Origin: Pavona decussata
Lineage: Eukaryota
Length of the DNA: 64,000 nt
Direction: 5' to 3'
Assembly: GCA_977016875.1 (NCBI GenBank)
Contig: CDRNST010000186.1
Location: 2,542,001 to 2,606,000, forward strand
This document shows positions 60,001 to 64,000 of the stretch, one piece after another. How positions within the stretch are numbered: the first letter of the stretch is position 1; each line of letters begins with the position of its first letter. The notes under the pieces are model-generated. The model worked only from the letters and a program-made list of their open reading frames with translations, had not been told where the DNA came from and did no database searches. A program made the position numbers and the translations under genes.

Positions 60001-63000
60001 TTTATCGCGTTATACTATTTACTTCCTCACTGTACTACGCTAGTTACAAGTGCATAACAAACATTTTATGATTCATTATTTCGTAACATCCAACCTTGTA
60101 AGTAGGAGCTGCACGTTCACAATTCTTATCCTTCATCGGTGAATCGCCCACTTCACTTTTCTCTAAGGGATCATCTTTTTGCTCTTCATTTTCATTTTCT
60201 GTTTTCGTCTTCATTTCCTTTTCCATTTTGTCCAAGTGTTCATTCCATGCATTAAGTTCTTTCTCGCCATGAGCAAATGTACATCCCATGCCGAGTTTAC
60301 AAGCTCCTTTTGTCCACCTTTGAGTACGTATAAAAATGCGATTAAAGGTAATTAACACCACACAATCAACTNNNNNNNNNNNNNNNNNNNNNNNNNNNNN
60401 NNNNNNNNNNNNNNNNNNNNNNNNNNNNNNNNNNNNNNNNNNNNNNNNNNNNNNNNNNNNNNNNNNNNNNNNNNNNNNNNNNNNNNNNNNNNNNNNNNNN
60501 NNNNNNNNNNNNNNNNNNNNNNNNNNNNNNGAACCAAAGACGGACAACTTCTGGGAGCCGTATTAATTGGAAGGAAAGGTTATATCGTCCTGAGTGGATT
60601 AGAACACACACAGAGAATTAAAAAGTAGTCCACGGGCGCGCGTTGGATACAAGATGATAGATAGCCACGAGGTACGTAACGCCGAGTTTGGTATAATCAT
60701 CTCCTATCCAACTAGCGCAAGTGGAAAAATTGTTTTATTAAAATCGGCCAAGAACTATTGCTAGACTTTTCTGAAGATAATTTAATGGTCGCTATTTCTC
60801 GGGCATGGTATGTCTCGTATACCATGGGAGCTAAGCCAATCAAATGATCAATGATCAATGATCCTGTTCGTAATAAAGATATCAAATAGCATTTGCGGAT
60901 CCAGACGTTTGTACGGCGGGAGTCCGAAGAAAAACAAAATATAACGATCTTAAAAAACAGGTATGCGCCTTAATTATGGAACCCAGTTAGCCCAGACAAA
61001 CAATTTAATATTATGATGTGCTTACTCTGGACACATCCTGTACTTCACGCCGTTCTCAGGAATCCTTAATGGTGCTCGGCACTGGCCCCTGAATGCTTTG
61101 CGAAATTCTTTTAACACGGAACTACTTCCACTTGCGTTTTGTTTTCTTCTCGTCTCTTGCCTTCCAGTCGATTTACTTGAACCTAAAATACAATAAATTA
61201 AGATCTATTTCTGATAAAAGGGTGAGTTAGCACATGTCTAGTTGTTGCATCTTCATATTCCTGACAAAGTTCTGGTTATACATATTACCCACAAAGAACG
61301 TGAAGATCCTTACGCTGAAAAGATTCCATCTTGCTAGTCATTGACTCCAGCTGAGTGACTAGTCCGGCTTGGTATTTTTTGGTCAACTGGGATCATGGGG
61401 GTGAGGGGTGGCAGTAGTCTATAGCTTGCGTTTTCAATAAGTGGCAACGGTTTGCAACGGAGTGCAGTCCACCTAAATATTTTTATTATACCTCTCAGTG
61501 AGCACGCGCGGTGTGATTGGCCAAATTGCGGCCATGTCTCACTGTGCGACCCGCTAAATTTGAAAGTATTTCCTTTCCTACGCGTGCGATTAATCTCAGA
61601 GATATAATAAGTATCTTACCAACCTTGTTTTCTCGGTCCGTACTGTAAGTTACGGATCCTCGGGAAAAAACTCAGTCCGTATCTTACAGCACGAACCTCA
61701 AATTCAGTTAGTAAAAGGTGTGTATTCACGAAACGAGAGAAAACTGGCATTACGCAACGAGCATATGTCGTACCACCTTCATGCCGCTTCCATTACGTAC
61801 GAAAATTGAGCCTTTTTCCATTTATCAACATCTCGACTAGATATGTGATAACTATTTCGCCATGAGGATTATTTTGTTCCTTTTTCGTACCTTTCTTTCT
61901 CTCTGCTTCCCATGCCCTTCTCTCAGCATCGCTGTGTGCGAAGCGGCATCGGTCACCAGAGGGACAAGGCCGCCCAAGTTTGAGTTGAGGACAAATTCGA
62001 AAAGTACAATAAATATTGGGTGGTCGGGGGCGAATTCCATCTCTCGGCTTAATGCAGGACTGAACGTACGAAGCTGTTTTCGTTTCTGTTGACGCTACAC
62101 TCTAAAATCAAAAAGAAAAAGAAAAAAATGAAACCAATATTAAGTAGAAAATAATCTAAAAACGTACAATGGGCTTTAAAGGTTTGGAAGGCATATTGCT
62201 CCTTAAAACCACAGTTGAGCTTCCAGGATTGTTGTTTCGGTTCGTGATACAATGTATAAGGTTTATCCCAAATTATAAACCAGAATTAACTTTAGTCCCT
62301 ATTTATTACACTTCTAAGATGCGCCACTGTATTTAAAAAAAAAATTAAGTGGGTTGTTAACGTCGCAGTTCAGGAATAAGCTGTAATAGTAGTAATGTGT
62401 TAGAATAAAGCTGAAATAACAACACTTTTAGTGTATATTAACGCTAGGACGAAACTCAACATTGACAAACATATGGTGCCCCAAGTTCTACCAGTCAAGG
62501 AAAGCAATATCACTATGTCCGTACCTTTTTAGTAAGACTCGAAGTATCTTTAATTTTCCTTGGAGAATCATGATCCTTCTGCTGCTTGCTTTCCTCTTCT
62601 GTTTCCTTTTGTATTTCCTTTTCCATCATTTTCAAATGCTCATTCCACGCTGTGCGTTCCTCCTCACCATGTGCTCCAGTACATTTCTTGGCGCGTTTGC
62701 AATTTCCCTCCATCCAGCTTGGTTAAGAAATGTAACGAAAACAAAATTATGTGGAACAGTAGTGAAATGAAGTACTATATTTGCTATTTTATCAAACCAC
62801 TTCCCGGCGTTTGGACTGACCGGATGAACCTCTCTTCCTCGTGTTTGATATATGACAACTCAGAGTTTTTTCAATATGGTTCCTGTAATAACCGCCTCAG
62901 GAGATTGCACTTACTATTGCTTTTTCTTTTTCGCTTCTAACTGGAAGAAGGAGAGCCGGAGCTATGACCTTCATCACAGGTGCCTCCCATAGCTCACTGG

Positions 63001-63620
63001 TAGAGCATTTATCCAACCCCAGGTGAGTGTAACCATATAACTAGGTTCAGATGTGACACACGGTCCTGTGATACCGCAGGGGCAACAATAGCAACAACAA
63101 AGTGCGAAATGAATACCACGTTTTACTAAAGAATCGAGCCATAAAAAAATGCCCAGAACGCAAGTGGGTTGCAGAGCGGTAGACGAGGGATTTCAAGTGA
63201 AAGATGGCAGTAAAACCACTTTTACCTCATCATTGATTCTTTTCAAGTTCAGACGGTTAAAATTGAAATTGTGACAAGTGAATAAGTTTTGATCAAGGAA
63301 CTACAAAACAGTTTGGCAGATTTAAAATAACCCAGCTTTGTATCTTATACATGTCCAAAGATAGACTACCGCTGCTCTTACAACTGTAATAGCAAGGGAT
63401 TGTTTTTAATCAAATAGTCATGTTCTGGGAAAAAAAAAAAGACATACAACTAATGCTTACTCAGGACACATTTTGTACTTTGCGCCTTTCTGTGGAATAT
63501 GCCAGGGTGCTCTGCATTGCCCTCTAACCGCTCGACGCCATTCTTGGAGTGAAGGGTAAGAGCTTCCACTTTTGTTTTCCTTTTCGGGATTTTCTTTTTT
63601 ATTTGATGATTTGCTTTGAC
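32876..63620 (-). CDS. HELZ2: Gene B: multi-exon HELZ2-like CCCH-helicase-RNB-helicase; 5' end lies beyond the window end, stop TGA at 32876-32878
   Basis: Exons: 63461-63620, 62525-62717, 61891-62101, 61026-61182, 60095-60317, 59612-59746, 58210-58817, 56999-57437, 56090-56683, 55308-55727, 54615-54690, 50024-54374, 49579-49682, 49002-49145, 48061-48201, 45682-45959, 44712-45050, 43469-43720, 42025-42178, 34619-34786, 32876-32979; all phase-compatible. Two Walker A/B sets (GPFGTGKT/IDEAAQ and GPPGTGKT/VDECGM) flank an RNB domain. Confidence 0.92.
34960..35500 (+). mobile_element. Decayed CR1/L2-type LINE reverse-transcriptase fragment with internal 138-bp tandem duplication
   Basis: CESALLALVEGWEKSLDD, GVPQGSVLGPLFF and SYADDVQLY motifs with frameshifts; 35066-35200 repeated at 35204-35338. 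Confidence 0.85.
35700..36240 (+). mobile_element. Probable LINE 3' end with (ATTG)n tail
   Basis: AT-rich 3'UTR-like tract ending AATAAA-ATGATTGATTGATTGATTG; 5' boundary approximate. Confidence 0.45.
36525..38600. mobile_element. Composite non-coding repeat (possibly Helitron/Helentron-derived) with internal direct and inverted duplications
   Basis: GC-rich hairpin head, (CCGA)n microsatellite at ~36641-36658, direct repeats ~36729-36820/37124-37215 and ~37300-37690/37720-38110, inverted repeat ~36680-36725/37050-37095; boundaries approximate. Confidence 0.5.
40030..41130 (+). mobile_element. 5'-truncated, decayed CR1/L2-type LINE (RT C-terminal half + tail)
   Basis: GVPKSSVLGP, HMYADDKAIY, GKTEC, CLGVELDNELNW motifs with frameshifts; ends AATAAA-TGCAACTACTGCAACTACT. 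Confidence 0.85.
41185..41720 (+). mobile_element. LINE 3' fragment (L2-like)
   Basis: RAVYNDHSSNYEESL...KRIQD..FKILY..PRYLSDL..KTWSNLP-type C-terminal LINE ORF2 remnants, ending in (TATG)n. Confidence 0.55.
44020..44742 (-). repeat. Diverged local tandem duplication containing a copy of an exon 3' end and splice donor
   Basis: ~44020-44401 aligns by eye with ~44437-44742, including AACTTACCAT(C/T)CTGTATTGCTCCTCAAGCATCAAGGCAT. Confidence 0.8.
46053..47971. mobile_element. ~1.9 kb non-autonomous TIR transposon in a gene B intron
   Basis: CAATCTCGTCCCCA ... TGGGAACGAGATTG termini, subterminal CTGGGCTAATC/GATTAGCCCAG, CTAGAGAC present on both flanks. Confidence 0.8.
50024..54374 (-). CDS. Gene B 4.35 kb exon: end of helicase 1, PAM2, OB folds, RNB domain, acidic tract, linker
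   Basis: ORF 50020..54321: LNTALTRAQ, LNVNAAEFVP, TIDPPGSKALDDAL, VGIHIADVS, YTRFTSPIRRYLDIVVHRLL. Confidence 0.93.
50930..51043 (-). repeat. Coding trinucleotide repeat (GAA)n(GAT)n giving a poly-Glu/poly-Asp tract
   Basis: EEEEEDEEEEEEEDDDDDDDDDDDDDDDDVDDGDEDEE within the large exon of gene B. Confidence 0.95.
60095..63620 (-). CDS. Gene B CCCH zinc-finger exons (3 fingers visible)
   Basis: MCPD|WMEGNCKRAKKCTGAHG; exon 61891-62101 ICPQLKLGRPCPSGDRCRFAHSDAERRAW (frame not shown in the ORF track); MCPE|WTKGACKLGMGCTFAHG. Confidence 0.85.
60372..60530. other. Assembly gap (N run), intronic
   Basis: Run of N between exons 61026-61182 and 60095-60317, which are phase-compatible. Confidence 1.
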
Positions 63621-64000
63621 CTACATGCGATAAAGATGAAATACGTAAAGTCAGACACATACGTAATGGTTACTTTGTTTACTGATTTTTAAGTTTACCC
63701 AAGGACGCTGTGCTATCGAAGACTTCAGAGCCGTATATTTGTAAAGACATACTGCAAAATTATATCTTGTTTGGAAAAAATGAACAGCACGGGTTGAAAG
63801 CACTATACGAATACTGTGTCCGGTGCTTTTTACCGATATCGTCTGATTTTGGATCTCCTCATAAAAGATAACCTAGGCTCAAAAACCGATTACTCACAGA
63901 TGTTTGTACCTCAAGGGAGAATCTCCTTACTTCCTCTCTCTACTGAATCCTGATTTATTGCAGAAGTTTTAGTCCATTTCCTTGGGGCATTTTGCAGGTT

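Noticed and set aside
62983-63050. tRNA-like start (TAGCTCACTGGTAGAGC)
   Set aside because: Only an A-box-like segment with no cloverleaf; at most a SINE relic.

Overview
Eukaryotic, intron-rich, AT-rich animal DNA. The repeat families and gene style suggest a cnidarian, most likely a stony coral (inference). The window holds two tandem, diverged, minus-strand paralogs of a HELZ2-like RNA-decay enzyme: CCCH zinc fingers, UPF1-like SF1 helicase 1, cold-shock/OB + RNB (RNase II family) 3'-5' exonuclease, then SF1 helicase 2. Gene A (putative ATG at 28388, running off the window below 343) also carries N-terminal TPR repeats and ZC3H7/RoXaN-type CCCH modules. Gene B enters from beyond 63620 and stops at 32876; its last two exons are missing from the ORF track and lie past a 7.2 kb repeat-filled intron. 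Main observations: (i) a TPR-CCCH-helicase-RNB fusion; (ii) a PAM2 poly(A)-binding-protein motif directly after helicase 1 in both paralogs; (iii) a canonical RNB catalytic motif in A versus an Asp->Ala change in B; (iv) a GAS/ETS-IRF/GAS motif cluster at the putative promoter of A; (v) independent exon duplications that amplify the zinc-finger region in each paralog. Introns carry many non-autonomous TIR elements, decayed CR1/L2-type LINE fragments and degenerate hammerhead-like motifs. Exon boundaries were read by eye from GT/AG sites and phase continuity. One junction (24723 to 23297) is unresolved.
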